Positions 1 to 10,583 of a stretch of 57,065 nucleotides of DNA are shown piece after piece (the first letter of the stretch is position 1; each line of letters starts with the position of its first letter). The position numbers were made by a program, and so were the translations under genes. Source of the stretch: a virus (lineage: Duplodnaviria; Caudoviricetes); the IMG/VR virus record IMGVR_UViG_3300033388_003385, positions 1 through 57,065 of that record. One strand, written 5' to 3'. The notes beneath the pieces were generated by a model. The model saw only the letters and a program-made list of their open reading frames with translations, had not been told where the DNA came from and made no database searches.

Positions 1-114
1 TAGGAGCTTTTCGTTCTACCGCCGTCCTCGTTCCTTTCACATCCGCGATTACGGCAAGGACTTCATCAAGGTCGAGGTTAAGGTACTTGTATGTACGGGC
101 GATTTCATCATTCG
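1..114. repeat. Terminal direct repeat (circular assembly overlap), copy 1
   Basis: Identical to 56952-57065; a reading frame runs through the junction. Confidence 0.97.
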
Positions 115-2113
115 CTTCTTTTTTGGTGAGTCCAGCTTCCATAACAAGCGCATTACGCAGCATTTGGTCAGTCCTGCCGCGCGTTTCGTTTGCGCGCGCT
201 ATAGGCCCAAGCGCCCATGAAGATTCCTCTTCGATGTCGAGTCCGTACCTTTTAGAGAGTGCGGCATATACTTCTTTGATCGGGCTGGTAACCGCCCCGC
301 GTTCACCAATACGCCGGGGCTTACGCTTCTTCGTAAGCTTTCTAAGTAGGCCGGGGTCTTCCAGCACTTGGTCAAGGATATTGTCCGGGACGTAATCAAG
401 CATATTTTCTCGGGTCAACTCGCCTGATTTCTTCATTTTCTCAAGCTTTGCAAAGACGCGGGATATATCCTCTGTGTCTCCCGTCTTGATAATATCCTTG
501 AGTTCACCAGCCATAGCCTCTTTCGGCGGCGCACCGGTACGTTGCCTTGCAGCAGCGGCATCGGCGACAGCCTCCGGACCCTTCATCGGTCGCTTAACGC
601 CAGCGATCGCTTGTTCAGGTGCGGGTGGGGTTGCAGGGGCGGGGAATGCTTCTTGGCCGGGTAACGGCGCACGCGACGGCGGAGCACCGATAAGCGGTTG
701 GTCGGCTAAGCGTTCCATTTGCGGGCCGGTGCGTTGGAACTCTTCAACCCCCGCGATATCCTGTTTTTCCTGAGCGACTTCACGCAGCGTTTTATTGCGG
801 ATATTCATCACGCCTTTATCATCGACAAACCCGGTTAGTTCAGTGGATAGTCCTTTCTTCGCCAGCTTCTCACGTCGCTTGGTTTCCTGCTCCGGCGTCC
901 GCGGTTTACGTTCGCGGCGTTTTCCGGGTTCTTTTACTGTAAGAAGCTTATTCCTTTCACGCGTAAGATTTCTTACGATGCTTTGATTACCCTGGCGTTT
1001 CGCCTCATCAATACGCCGGGCCATCCGGTCAATCTTCATTTGCTGGAATCTTGGCAGGTCTTCGCGCTTACGAGTTGCCTTTTTAGGTTCTTGAGCGGCG
1101 GTAACCGGCCTACGTGCAGCTTGAGCCCGAGCGGAGAGCGGCGGCGGGGCTCCGGCCATAGTTTGTTGTGCTGCAGGATCTGTCGACCTGGCAACCGTTG
1201 TTCCTTGTCGTACTGTTGGATCTGTCGACCTGGCAACAGTCTCAACAGCGCCGGGTTGGTCAGTGGCTGACCGGGTAGCTGCTGACCGGGTCAGTGGCTG
1301 GCCGGGTTGCGGCATGCCGGAGAGTTGTTGCTTGAGCTCGGCGAGTAGCGCTTGTTTCTGGTTCTGCTCGGCAGAGTCCCAGAGCCAGCCGCCTTTGATA
1401 TCCGGATCGGCCTCCAGCTCTTTTATCTGCGCTTCAAGCTTACTCCGGCCTGTCGGGATGCCCGCCATTCGCGCGGCCTCACCGGCGAATTGGCTGGGGT
1501 CGACATTCGGGTTGCTGCGTGCGAGTTGGTCAAGTACTTGTTGGAACGCCAGGCCTTTGGGCGTGAAGTTGCCTTTATCGTCGTAGATATCCTCACGCGC
1601 ATAGCCTTGTTGGATGAGCTGCTGTGCGTGCAGATCGGCGGCTTTGCTCGGCGCGACCTTTGCCTTTGCGGCGGCTTTCGCTTGTTCCCGCAGTGTTTTC
1701 CCTTCGGCGGCGCGTTCAGAGATATCGAGCCGACGTTGTTCCAGTGCCCGGCGCGCCTCGGATTCCTGCCCAGCCCGTTCGAATGCCGGACCTTGTTGGA
1801 ACGCTTGACCCTGCTCGGCGAGTCCAAGTTTCTTTTCTGCGATATTACGCGCCCAGGCGTCGCGAGCGAGTTGAGCGGAGAACGCATCTTGTGAGCGTCG
1901 TTGGGTGTCGCGTTGTGCTTCAAGCCGACCTTGCGCCTCATATTGCAGCGTTGGCGCCACGCGCGCCCGTTGCGTCGAGGCTTCGCGTAGTCCCGGCGCT
2001 TGCATGGGTTGCACTGGTCGCGCCATTTGATTTAGGACGCCGATATCGCCGACCTGCTCACGCAAATCCCGGCGCTGCTGAATTCCTCGAAGCCGAGTTT
2101 CCGAACGGGCCAT
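1..2113 (-). CDS. Putative internal virion/ejection protein, about 710 aa, spanning the circular junction (ends at 56932)
   Basis: Missing from ORF track. ATG at 2113 with AGGAGT RBS; MARSETRLRGIQQRRDL...; frame open in all segments checked; continues through junction to TAA at 56934-56932, just before the giant gene ATG. Q/A/R-rich. Confidence 0.85.
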   Translation of the reverse strand, partial: MARSETRLRGIQQRRDLREQVGDIGVLNQMARPVQPMQAPGLREASTQRARVAPTLQYEAQGRLEAQRDTQRRSQDAFSAQLARDAWARNIAEKKLGLAEQGQAFQQGPAFERAGQESEARRALEQRRLDISERAAEGKTLREQAKAAAKAKVAPSKAADLHAQQLIQQGYAREDIYDDKGNFTPKGLAFQQVLDQLARSNPNVDPSQFAGEAARMAGIPTGRSKLEAQIKELEADPDIKGGWLWDSAEQNQKQALLAELKQQLSGMPQPGQPLTRSAATRSATDQPGAVETVARSTDPTVRQGTTVARSTDPAAQQTMAGAPPPLSARAQAARRPVTAAQEPKKATRKREDLPRFQQMKIDRMARRIDEAKRQGNQSIVRNLTRERNKLLTVKEPGKRRERKPRTPEQETKRREKLAKKGLSTELTGFVDDKGVMNIRNKTLREVAQEKQDIAGVEEFQRTGPQMERLADQPLIGAPPSRAPLPGQEAFPAPATPPAPEQAIAGVKRPMKGPEAVADAAAARQRTGAPPKEAMAGELKDIIKTGDTEDISRVFAKLEKMKKSGELTRENMLDYVPDNILDQVLEDPGLLRKLTKKRKPRRIGERGAVTSPIKEVYAALSKRYGLDIEEESSWALGPIARANETRGRTDQMLRNALVMEAGLTKKEANDEIARTYKYLNLDLDEVLAVIADVKGTRTAVERKAP

Positions 2114-2136
2114 TTTAGATACTCCTGATTAAATGA

Positions 2137-3105
2137 TTAAACAAATTCAAAACCGCCGGTTACGTCGCAGTCGATTAAGGTTCTTTGGAGTGACTGCGAG
2201 ATCACATACCCGTCAAGAACATCGTACACTACAGGCTCGGTAACAGTGGCATCGTTGAAGTTGCCGATGTTGATATCGCTTTGATACTTACCATCAACAT
2301 TTACTGTTGGCGTCAAGTCAGAGTAGAGCATGCCGTAATTCCCTTCATCAACCGCATAGTCATTATTGACATACTCGCCATCCATCGCTTGCATCGGGTT
2401 ATAGGCTGCCATTGTATAGTTGCCTGTATAAAGTACACTCGGGGCATAATACACTGAGTTGCCAGACGCACCAGGAACAAGAATCCTCCACCGAAAGATG
2501 TCGCGTCTTCCAAAAGCATTTGCGATCGCAAAATGATTGACTGACCACTGAGCAGAATAAACTGCCCAAGGTTCCGCATTAAAGTCGGTTACAGCTTGTG
2601 CCCATGACGGACCTACAGCGAATTTCCAGTAATACTGAAAACCAGTTGTCTGAATACCATCAGCCCAAGTTACTCGACGCTGAATCACGGTGCAAAGATT
2701 AAGGGCTTCGTGCCACCACCAAGCCCAAGCACCAAGCGGGCCGTTAGTTGACGGCAGCTCTGCACCAATCTCCGCCTCAAGACTTGCGATAGTCCATACA
2801 GGCGGAATTGCGGCGGCGTTGTCGAAGTCGCCGATTCCAGCAGAACCCATGTCAACATAATGCATAGTAAAACCGCCATTAGGGGAGGATAAGCCTAGAT
2901 ACTCGCCGCCTAAGATCAAATTGCGCAATGCCGAGTCAAGTGTCTCGACCGTACCGTTGAGCATTGGCGGCTCTGCAATTGCTGGAGAGTTGATCGCCTT
3001 GTATCGCTCCAGGAATGCGTCATAGATATCGGATGCACTAGTGAACGGCGGCACATTGCTGACAGTCGCGGCTGAGGTCCAATTAATCTCAGTATTCCAA
3101 CCCAT
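2137..3105 (-). CDS. Putative virion/tail-associated protein (322 aa)
   Basis: Long ORF, start overlaps upstream stop, within structural operon. Confidence 0.7.
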   Translation of the reverse strand: MGWNTEINWTSAATVSNVPPFTSASDIYDAFLERYKAINSPAIAEPPMLNGTVETLDSALRNLILGGEYLGLSSPNGGFTMHYVDMGSAGIGDFDNAAAIPPVWTIASLEAEIGAELPSTNGPLGAWAWWWHEALNLCTVIQRRVTWADGIQTTGFQYYWKFAVGPSWAQAVTDFNAEPWAVYSAQWSVNHFAIANAFGRRDIFRWRILVPGASGNSVYYAPSVLYTGNYTMAAYNPMQAMDGEYVNNDYAVDEGNYGMLYSDLTPTVNVDGKYQSDINIGNFNDATVTEPVVYDVLDGYVISQSLQRTLIDCDVTGGFEFV

Positions 3106-3683
3106 TACGACACTAACCTCGTATTATGGATTTCACCGAAGCGCTGTTGCGTCCATGCATCGTCAACCTTCTCAGCTATAAGGACACGCAGCGTCCAATA
3201 TCCGTCTTTCTTCGCCTGCGTCGGGTATGCACCCGCTGCCAGGTAATCAGTAAACCACCCGGCATTATACCAGATTTCAAGCGACAGATAAGTAGCGCCC
3301 GACACACTGATATCAGTATCAGCCGCGACAGTGGTGACTGTTGTGCCGTTGACGACTTTCCCTGCGGACACATCGACCGTATCAGCATCGGCATCATACG
3401 TAATTTTATACTGCCCGGCGTACGTGTCGCCCGCAGCCGTCACCGTCAGGTCAAGCAACTTCAGTTCCTTCTCAATCGCCTCGATGCGTCGCCATAGTTG
3501 CACGTCGCCATAGGGGTCGATCACGTCGCGTTCGAGCGGGGTTGCTTCACCGGCGCTCAGCCCAATGATTTGGTTGGCGAGGTCTATGGTCGCATCCTGC
3601 AATTCCTGCACCGCCTGGCGTGCGGCAGGGTCGGGTACGTGTCCAGGATCGCTCATCCCTTGGAGGTTGCTGGGATATGCCAT
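3105..3683 (-). CDS. Putative tail-associated protein (192 aa)
   Basis: AGGAGGT RBS, operon position. Confidence 0.7.
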   Translation of the reverse strand: MAYPSNLQGMSDPGHVPDPAARQAVQELQDATIDLANQIIGLSAGEATPLERDVIDPYGDVQLWRRIEAIEKELKLLDLTVTAAGDTYAGQYKITYDADADTVDVSAGKVVNGTTVTTVAADTDISVSGATYLSLEIWYNAGWFTDYLAAGAYPTQAKKDGYWTLRVLIAEKVDDAWTQQRFGEIHNTRLVS

Positions 3684-3685
3684 GG

Positions 3686-5857
3686 TTACACCTCCTGCGA
3701 GTTGTCGCCGATGGCAACGCGTGAGACGCCTGCACCGCGGGCGTAGATTTCAACCTCCCACTCTTTTGCCTTATTTACGCGTGGGAGCAGCTGCGGATCG
3801 GAAGAGAGCACATGGATATCGCATTCGACCTGGCCGTCGCCGTAGAGAAGAAGACGCACTGGGTATTCCCTGGAGATGACTTTGACCCAGCGCCAGCCTT
3901 TGAACTTTTCCTGAACCTCGATAGGTCCGCGCCATTGCGCCTCAACCGCATTGAACGAATCGAAGGTCGAACATGCAATAAGCTGGTTACCCCGCATATC
4001 GAAGCGTACGTTATCCCTGCGGTTGAGCGAATCCGGCAGCACCAGGAAGACCGACCTGTCATTCGCGTAAGCGGACATGGACGACGGCAGGTATTGCGCC
4101 CATTCATCGCTGGTGAAGTGTTCTTTGGTTATCAGCGCGGGCGACGCCCCGTCGAACACGACCAGGCCTTCATCGGTGACCCAGCCGATCATCGAATCGA
4201 TGCGCCATAGACTGCGTCGGTTGAGGATGGTCGAGACGTTCGCGATCTCGTAGCGCGACAGCCGCGCCGGATGTTGGCCGGTAACCCGGAAGACCCCACC
4301 GACGGGTGAGGCAGACGTAAGAACCGGGTCGCCGGGGGCGTAGGTGCCGACGAGCGTGACCGCAACCGCGAACGTCCGTGTAAGCCCAGTGCCGGATATC
4401 GCGTTATAAGAGACCCGCTCGGTCGTATCCGTGAACTCGATGAACCCTGTATAGCTGAGGTTGCCGGGGTCGACGGCATAGGTTACCTCGATAGACGATG
4501 TTTCACCGCTTTCGGCATTAGTCAGCGTACCGGTTGCCGCAATGCCCTGATCGAGCGTGAATGCAAGGATACTGCCGCCCGCTAATGCCTGGCATAGAAC
4601 CGGGGTATCGAACGCAATGGCGTATTCTTCCGGGACCGCCCAGGGTCGTCCCTCATCGATCCATTCCGAGCTTGGCCGTAGCTCATTTTCGTAGAAGTAC
4701 ATGTAGTACCCGGCGGGATGCGCGAGCGCCCCTTGTACCGCCTCGACCGGCGTTGCATGCGGCACGTTCCCATTGGGCGGGAGGTTGGTGGTCAGCGCCT
4801 CGCGGAAGTTGTCGAAGTATTCCGTACCGTCGACGTCCTCAAGCTTACGGAACCCCGACTCGGATGAGGTCGACGACTTGAACAGCCGATTCTTTGTGTA
4901 CCCCGCTTGTTGCGGCGTATTGAGCCGCACGATCTCACCGGGTTCAACGATCACCTCCTCTGAGGCATCGCTTTGCGGTCCGTCCCGGTCTTCTGAGTCG
5001 ATCATTTGCTGGATGTAGAAGTAGGTCCGCTGTGTATTGATCACGTAGTTGCAATCGAACGTAAACGAGAAGATCGAGTTCGCCGGGACGAAGGTTGTAG
5101 TAACCGGGCCGGTGACCCCTTCCGGCAACGAATACCGCCCGGTAGAGTCCGGTGCAGCCGCATCGATGCATGTGCATGAACCGTATTGAAACCGTGAGAT
5201 ACCCGTACCGTCGCCAGCATCATAGCCGGACATACTGATTGGGTAGGTCAACGGTACTGAGAACGTTGGGATACGCGGGTCCGAGTAGGTTCCCCATGTG
5301 TTGTTTGGGAACCATACCGTTTCTTCGGGTCCGCCTTTATAGTCCTCCTCGGCAAAGAAATTGAACGCGAACAGCGGCCCGTGGATGGTATAGGAGATAT
5401 CCTCATAGAACGGGTCGCTCATATTCGAGAGGTTGCGGTAGTTGGTGATAAACCCGGTCGGCGTATAGGTGACGTTATAGGCCGCAAGCGTCTGCGCATC
5501 GACCAAGTCTACATAGAAGTTACCCGAACCCGGATCGATGTAGGATGCCCACATCCGCGAGATGACCGACAGCCATATGTTCGAGCCCCCTTCCATCGGG
5601 ATGCACATCCTGATCGACGAATTTAACGTAGGCGGATCGGCCTTCGTGATGATATCGATATCGGACGACGGGAACCCCGCCTTCATTGCCCCGGCGGAGT
5701 CGTGCAGCGCTTCGAAATCGTTTACTACGTTGATCGGCACGAGATCGCCGCTCGTTAGGTCGCAGTTATGCGCCGTCTGAGCCGCGCCGGGCGGCAGCTT
5801 TCGCGGGTCCAGCCGGGGGAAGATCCCGCCGAATTGATCATAAACGATAGAGGCCAT
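3686..5857 (-). CDS. Putative tail tubular/nozzle protein (723 aa)
   Basis: N-terminus FGGIFPRLDPRKLPPGAAQTAHNCDL and C-terminus PQLLPRVNKAKEWEVEI resemble podovirus nozzle proteins; operon position. Confidence 0.7.
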   Translation of the reverse strand: MASIVYDQFGGIFPRLDPRKLPPGAAQTAHNCDLTSGDLVPINVVNDFEALHDSAGAMKAGFPSSDIDIITKADPPTLNSSIRMCIPMEGGSNIWLSVISRMWASYIDPGSGNFYVDLVDAQTLAAYNVTYTPTGFITNYRNLSNMSDPFYEDISYTIHGPLFAFNFFAEEDYKGGPEETVWFPNNTWGTYSDPRIPTFSVPLTYPISMSGYDAGDGTGISRFQYGSCTCIDAAAPDSTGRYSLPEGVTGPVTTTFVPANSIFSFTFDCNYVINTQRTYFYIQQMIDSEDRDGPQSDASEEVIVEPGEIVRLNTPQQAGYTKNRLFKSSTSSESGFRKLEDVDGTEYFDNFREALTTNLPPNGNVPHATPVEAVQGALAHPAGYYMYFYENELRPSSEWIDEGRPWAVPEEYAIAFDTPVLCQALAGGSILAFTLDQGIAATGTLTNAESGETSSIEVTYAVDPGNLSYTGFIEFTDTTERVSYNAISGTGLTRTFAVAVTLVGTYAPGDPVLTSASPVGGVFRVTGQHPARLSRYEIANVSTILNRRSLWRIDSMIGWVTDEGLVVFDGASPALITKEHFTSDEWAQYLPSSMSAYANDRSVFLVLPDSLNRRDNVRFDMRGNQLIACSTFDSFNAVEAQWRGPIEVQEKFKGWRWVKVISREYPVRLLLYGDGQVECDIHVLSSDPQLLPRVNKAKEWEVEIYARGAGVSRVAIGDNSQEV

Positions 5858-6204
5858 TATGTCACGACAGTCAGGTTATAAACCGGAAATTCACCGGATT
5901 CTTTGATAGGTGCTGGGGATGCGTCGCCAGGGTCATAGGTTCCTTCGAACGTAAACAGCCGCATTTCGAGTTGCTTGGATTGATCGAGGATTTGCAGGTC
6001 ATTGCCGGTCATAAGCACCGTCATTTCACTGGCGAGCGCCGCAATCGCTACATCCTCACGCGAATTGATCACCGTTCCGGAGAGATCCGTAAGCGTCCAG
6101 GTCGCGGCAGTCGGCGTCAGCGCATCGCCGTTACCGTCGACGATGACGATTTTCATACCGACGCTACTTTGTTCATCGGCCCTGCCAGTAAGGATGAGAG
6201 GCAT
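5857..6204 (-). CDS. Hypothetical virion protein (115 aa)
   Basis: Beta-rich ORF, coupled to neighbours. Confidence 0.65.
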   Translation of the reverse strand: MPLILTGRADEQSSVGMKIVIVDGNGDALTPTAATWTLTDLSGTVINSREDVAIAALASEMTVLMTGNDLQILDQSKQLEMRLFTFEGTYDPGDASPAPIKESGEFPVYNLTVVT

Positions 6205-6206
6205 TG

Positions 6207-6518
6207 TTACTTACCTTGTTTAAGTTCTTTCAGCGACTCACGTATTTGCGAGAAGCGATCATCGATCTTTGTGTCGAGCGCTTTGAGATCCTTTTGGATT
6301 TGTTTGTATTGCTCGTCATGCGTCGCGAACCGTACTTGCGCCTGCGTGCTCAGCTCGACCCCGGCCCGTTCGGATTTGGCGTAGGCCAGCCCGGCGACGA
6401 CAATGAAGGCCGTAATCCCGGCGCTGCAGATCCATCGGAGATAGGCGAGGGAAGTGATGCACGACGCATTCGAGGTTTCCAGGTTGTCGATACGTTCTGC
6501 AGGTGTGGCTTCGGTCAT
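6207..6518 (-). CDS. Single-TM coiled-coil membrane protein, possible holin-like lysis protein
   Basis: Hydrophobic WICSAGITAFIVVAGLAYA then charged coiled coil; GGAGG RBS. Confidence 0.5.
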   Translation of the reverse strand: MTEATPAERIDNLETSNASCITSLAYLRWICSAGITAFIVVAGLAYAKSERAGVELSTQAQVRFATHDEQYKQIQKDLKALDTKIDDRFSQIRESLKELKQGK

Positions 6519-6841
6519 TAGAAAACCTCCCCGGCGTCTTGTTCGGTATCGGCCAGGTCCGCGACTTTATCCTTAAGCAACCGCTCAAAGATCTTCATAA
6601 ACGGTTTGATGACCGTGTTGACCTCATCGGACGTGCAGCCGTCGGTGATATCGCTCAGCCTCAGCGTTGACTCATGCTTGCTGCATATGCCGGTCGTATT
6701 GGTTTTGCACCCATGCAGTTGACCCCATACGCGGACGTTTTGTTTGTCGTCGATATGGTCGAATCGCAGCGCATGCAGTTTATTTACAACGTTCACTGCC
6801 GACTCATCATAATCCGTTGTTATATTTTTAGTAATGGACAT
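6518..6841 (-). CDS. Hypothetical protein (107 aa) downstream of tail fibre
   Basis: AGGAG RBS, operon position. Confidence 0.65.
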   Translation of the reverse strand: MSITKNITTDYDESAVNVVNKLHALRFDHIDDKQNVRVWGQLHGCKTNTTGICSKHESTLRLSDITDGCTSDEVNTVIKPFMKIFERLLKDKVADLADTEQDAGEVF

Positions 6842-6849
6842 ATTGGCTC

Positions 6850-9800
6850 CTACTTTGTTAGCTCTTCACTCACTGCACTGATGTGTAGATCCATCGTCTG
6901 TATCGTGTTAATACTTCCCGTAATGATCTCGTAAATAACGCCTTCTGAACCATTACCATCGATGAACTGATTGAGGTCAATTCGTTTCCAAGCGCCATCG
7001 ACGCCGTTGGAAACGTTCCCGTCGATAGTTTGGTCGACAGAACGACGCGCGATATCTCCATTACCCGGAGTGAAGCCAGTAGCCGCATACGTCCATCCCG
7101 CAGCTTTGTGGTGCAGCAGCGCTACATCGAATCCCGTGTCATTGCCGCCGCCCTGCCATACCACATCGATTCCCGTTACCGTCGCATCCCTATTCCCGAA
7201 GTCCTCATACTTGGAATATCCATAATTGAAATCAAGACTGTAGGCCGTTGGCGAACCGCTGACGATATACAAGTCGTAAGTGACTTGGCCGCTGAATTTT
7301 TCCGAAGTCTCGGCCATTACATCCGCCGTAAGCGTCGTGATATCTTCGGTTATGATCCCGATTTGCGTTGCAACTTGCGCCCCTGTTTCACTGTCCTCGG
7401 TACCGGTGACGCGTAGGCCGACTTGTCCGGTGTTTACCGTGCCTGGACCAGAGGGTACGCAACCCGCATGAGCGGCGTAGGCAGTGCCGGAAGTACCATA
7501 GGTTTGTGTGGTAGCCCCTTCATCAAGGTTGGAATCGGTAGCCGACCAGTCATAGAACCCGCCTTTATACCAGGTGCCGGTCCCGATTCCTTGGGAAGTA
7601 AAACTGTAGCTCCGTGAGGCTCCTCGGCGGCGGAACTTTGAGAGATCGACGAGCACGCGGCCAGTGGATGCGTTGACGATCTCCACCGTGCCGAGGATAA
7701 GGATTGTTTCCGGTTCCTGCGGCCTGGTATTGGTAAGGCCCCCGCCGGGAGCGAGGTAGAGGATGCCGCCGAGTCCGAGCAATGACGTATCTATGTCATT
7801 GACTTCACCGTGCCGAGTCGCTACGCCGACTTGGCCGTCGAGTACGTCTGCGGTTGCTAAGCCGATGACTGCCGAGCTGGTCTGCGGGGATGCGGCATCG
7901 GCGACGATCCCTTTTACCACACCGTTGGTTACATCGACGCCCGAAGCATTGACCGGCGTCCCGTTGTCGATCTTAACGCCCGTATCATTAAAGAATCGTA
8001 CATGGTTTTCCTGGCCGACGTTCACGCGGACGCCGGAGAACCCCGTATCAGCAAGGAACGTCTTGGTAACCGAGTCATAGGATAGTTGCCCAGCCGCCCA
8101 TGACGGCGAAGACGCTACGAGATTAAGCGACCCGGTAGCCGTGATATCGCCATTGATATACGCATCGCCATTGACCCCGAGCTTCTCGGATGCGTACTGG
8201 CTTTCGCTGTTGATGAGTATTGCACGGGACGAGTTGACGCGCATCGCTTCGACAGGGTAACCCGTCGCATTGCTAGTCGTGCCAATTAATAGCGCGCCGA
8301 GGAAGTTGCCGTTGATACCGTCCTCTTTTTCTGCCCAGATCGCGGCAAACGTAGCCATGGCTCCGCCTGTATTGTACTTCCCCCTAAAGCTGATGCAGCC
8401 GCCTACGCCTTGGGCCATAGCTGTATCGTCTATTGCGATGACGGGGAAGGTCAGAAAATCACCAATTGAGGCGGGAGTTGTCGCACGACTAGCGGTAATC
8501 GTTGTTATTGCCGCTAGGTTTAAACTCGTCGCGGCTGCGATCTCTGCGACGGCAGCAGCCGTCATCGTATTACCGTTAATCGACCATGTTGACTCAGCCA
8601 GAACACCCGCAGCAGCGCCAACGACTGGAATCGTATACTGAGTACTAAGCCCAACGAAAGCCGAATGCTGAGCACTCGTTAAGTGGTAATACTCCGATGA
8701 AGTACCACCCTGAATGGATAAGAGGTCGTTATGATTCGCGGGGTTCCCGGTCGTAATGACAGTGCCGCTTGCGTCAGGGAAAGTATACGCTCTGCTGGCA
8801 GTGAGTGTTGTCGGCGTCATTGTCCCGACGTAACTACTCGACCCACCTGAGCGGCCTAACAGCTGCATACCATCTTGCGTTGCCGCTTGAGTGCTGGTTA
8901 CGCCCCCGGCTCCAAGCGCGATGATTGCAGGCGACGACAAAGAAATAGAAGTAGCCGCGGTGATCGTACCAGCAGCAGGCAAAGTGAGCGCACCGGTCGA
9001 AACCGTCAGCGTATGCGCCGTTAACGTCGTGCCGTTGAAAAGAAGGTTCGCCGAATCAGTCAAGATCCCGCCTGTCGTCGCATAAGGTACGCGACCGCTC
9101 GTCAGCGCCGAGCCGCTACCCGAGAAGATGATATCAGCATCTGGAAGTGTGAAAGTCCGGTTTGCCGTCAATACGGTGGGCGTCAATGTGCCAAAGTAAG
9201 AACCAGTGCCGCCAGCGCGACCCAAGAGTTTGACGCCGTCTTGTGTTGCAGCCTGGGTCGTCGAAAGCCCCCCGGTTCCGGTGTGACTTATGGTTGGAAT
9301 GGATAAAGCTAGTGAGGTTGCGGCACTTATTGTCGCAATTGCGGGCGCAGTCAAAGAGCTTCCATTGATTAACCAGGTAGACTCCGCCAACACGCCCGCA
9401 GCAGCACCGACGACAGGAATCGCAAACTGAGTATTAAGTGCTACAAAAGCAGAGTGCTGAGCACTATTAAGGTGGTAGTATTCGCCAGCAGTTCCGCCTT
9501 GAATAGACAAGAGGTCGTTGTGATTCGCTGGACTCCCCGTTGTAATGACCGTCCCCGTTGAATCAGGGAATGTATATGTTCGACTCGCAGTTAAGGTCGT
9601 TGGCGTCATCGTGCCGATGTAGGATGATGTACCACCTGCGCGGCCAAGCAACCTAAGCCCGTCTTGCGTTGCTACCTGAGTGCTGAGGAACCCACCGGAA
9701 CCGACAGCAGCAACTAAGGGCGTCGTGAATGAAAGCACCGTTGCCGCCTCAATCGCAGCAGTTGCCGGAGCCGTCATCGTACTGGAATTAATAGACCATG

Positions 9801-10110
9801 CCGATTGATCCAGGTCACCCGCAGTCGCGCCAACAACCGGGATGCGGTATTGCACAAGGAGCCCCGCGCTACCGCCGACCTTATTGACCTCAAGCACATT
9901 GAGCGCATCCGTGACGTATGTACCTGTTACCGTCGACGAGTTGACGACTTGGCTTGAGGTGTAGTCATTTGCAATAGGGACCACATCGCCTGAACGCCCG
10001 TTCCAGCTGGATACCCCGGTATTTTGTGAGGCCTGGAATGGGTCGTTAGCCAGTTCAAGCGCTACTTGAACTTCGACCAGCTCTAATGTTACATGCGCTG
10101 TAGTCGGCAC
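6850..10110 (-). CDS. Tail fibre/spike protein (1086 aa) with internal repeats
   Basis: G/T/S/A-rich; VSSWNGRSGDVV and NHNDLLSIQGG..EYYHL fibre-type motifs; repeated modules. Confidence 0.85.
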   Translation of the reverse strand: MPTTAHVTLELVEVQVALELANDPFQASQNTGVSSWNGRSGDVVPIANDYTSSQVVNSSTVTGTYVTDALNVLEVNKVGGSAGLLVQYRIPVVGATAGDLDQSAWSINSSTMTAPATAAIEAATVLSFTTPLVAAVGSGGFLSTQVATQDGLRLLGRAGGTSSYIGTMTPTTLTASRTYTFPDSTGTVITTGSPANHNDLLSIQGGTAGEYYHLNSAQHSAFVALNTQFAIPVVGAAAGVLAESTWLINGSSLTAPAIATISAATSLALSIPTISHTGTGGLSTTQAATQDGVKLLGRAGGTGSYFGTLTPTVLTANRTFTLPDADIIFSGSGSALTSGRVPYATTGGILTDSANLLFNGTTLTAHTLTVSTGALTLPAAGTITAATSISLSSPAIIALGAGGVTSTQAATQDGMQLLGRSGGSSSYVGTMTPTTLTASRAYTFPDASGTVITTGNPANHNDLLSIQGGTSSEYYHLTSAQHSAFVGLSTQYTIPVVGAAAGVLAESTWSINGNTMTAAAVAEIAAATSLNLAAITTITASRATTPASIGDFLTFPVIAIDDTAMAQGVGGCISFRGKYNTGGAMATFAAIWAEKEDGINGNFLGALLIGTTSNATGYPVEAMRVNSSRAILINSESQYASEKLGVNGDAYINGDITATGSLNLVASSPSWAAGQLSYDSVTKTFLADTGFSGVRVNVGQENHVRFFNDTGVKIDNGTPVNASGVDVTNGVVKGIVADAASPQTSSAVIGLATADVLDGQVGVATRHGEVNDIDTSLLGLGGILYLAPGGGLTNTRPQEPETILILGTVEIVNASTGRVLVDLSKFRRRGASRSYSFTSQGIGTGTWYKGGFYDWSATDSNLDEGATTQTYGTSGTAYAAHAGCVPSGPGTVNTGQVGLRVTGTEDSETGAQVATQIGIITEDITTLTADVMAETSEKFSGQVTYDLYIVSGSPTAYSLDFNYGYSKYEDFGNRDATVTGIDVVWQGGGNDTGFDVALLHHKAAGWTYAATGFTPGNGDIARRSVDQTIDGNVSNGVDGAWKRIDLNQFIDGNGSEGVIYEIITGSINTIQTMDLHISAVSEELTK

Positions 10111-10124
10111 GGGATGATTTCCTT

Positions 10125-10565
10125 TTATTCAATCAACAGGCAGATTGCCCGCATTTGCTCCAGTGAGATATCGTCAGGCACATCGACTTTAGAAACGGCG
10201 TGCACCTCGACCGTTATTTCTTCGTTCATCGTTTCTTCAAGCTCTTTCAGCACAGCGGCGTGGTATTCCAGTAGCTTGTCATGTTCCTCATGGAACGCCG
10301 TAAGTTCAGCAACCAGGAAACCCGTTTCATTACGCATCGGCGAACCGTCTTCATTTACGGCGGCGTATTTCTCGCCGAGCTTATCGCGCGAACGCGAATA
10401 ATCCGAGACAACCTCATTCGCCTTGGCAACCGCCCTGACTTCAGAGCTGAGCATGTCGATTGATTTACTAATGGCGTAGCAGAGTTTCACGCCCTTAAGC
10501 CCGTCGAGATTAGCCAGTGCAGCGGCGAGTGATACGATTTCTTTACGTGTACGTTTCAGTTCCAT
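10125..10565 (-). CDS. Hypothetical protein (146 aa), possible fibre-associated chaperone
   Basis: Helical ORF adjacent to tail fibre. Confidence 0.6.
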   Translation of the reverse strand: MELKRTRKEIVSLAAALANLDGLKGVKLCYAISKSIDMLSSEVRAVAKANEVVSDYSRSRDKLGEKYAAVNEDGSPMRNETGFLVAELTAFHEEHDKLLEYHAAVLKELEETMNEEITVEVHAVSKVDVPDDISLEQMRAICLLIE

Positions 10566-10583
10566 GTGAATACCTATCTGGGT

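Noticed and set aside
1-114. Biological terminal repeat of the virion DNA
   Set aside because: Falls mid-gene and is best explained as assembly overlap; physical ends cannot be determined
6850-10110. Diversity-generating retroelement acting on the tail fibre
   Set aside because: No reverse transcriptase; repeat differences are not adenine-specific and both copies are coding
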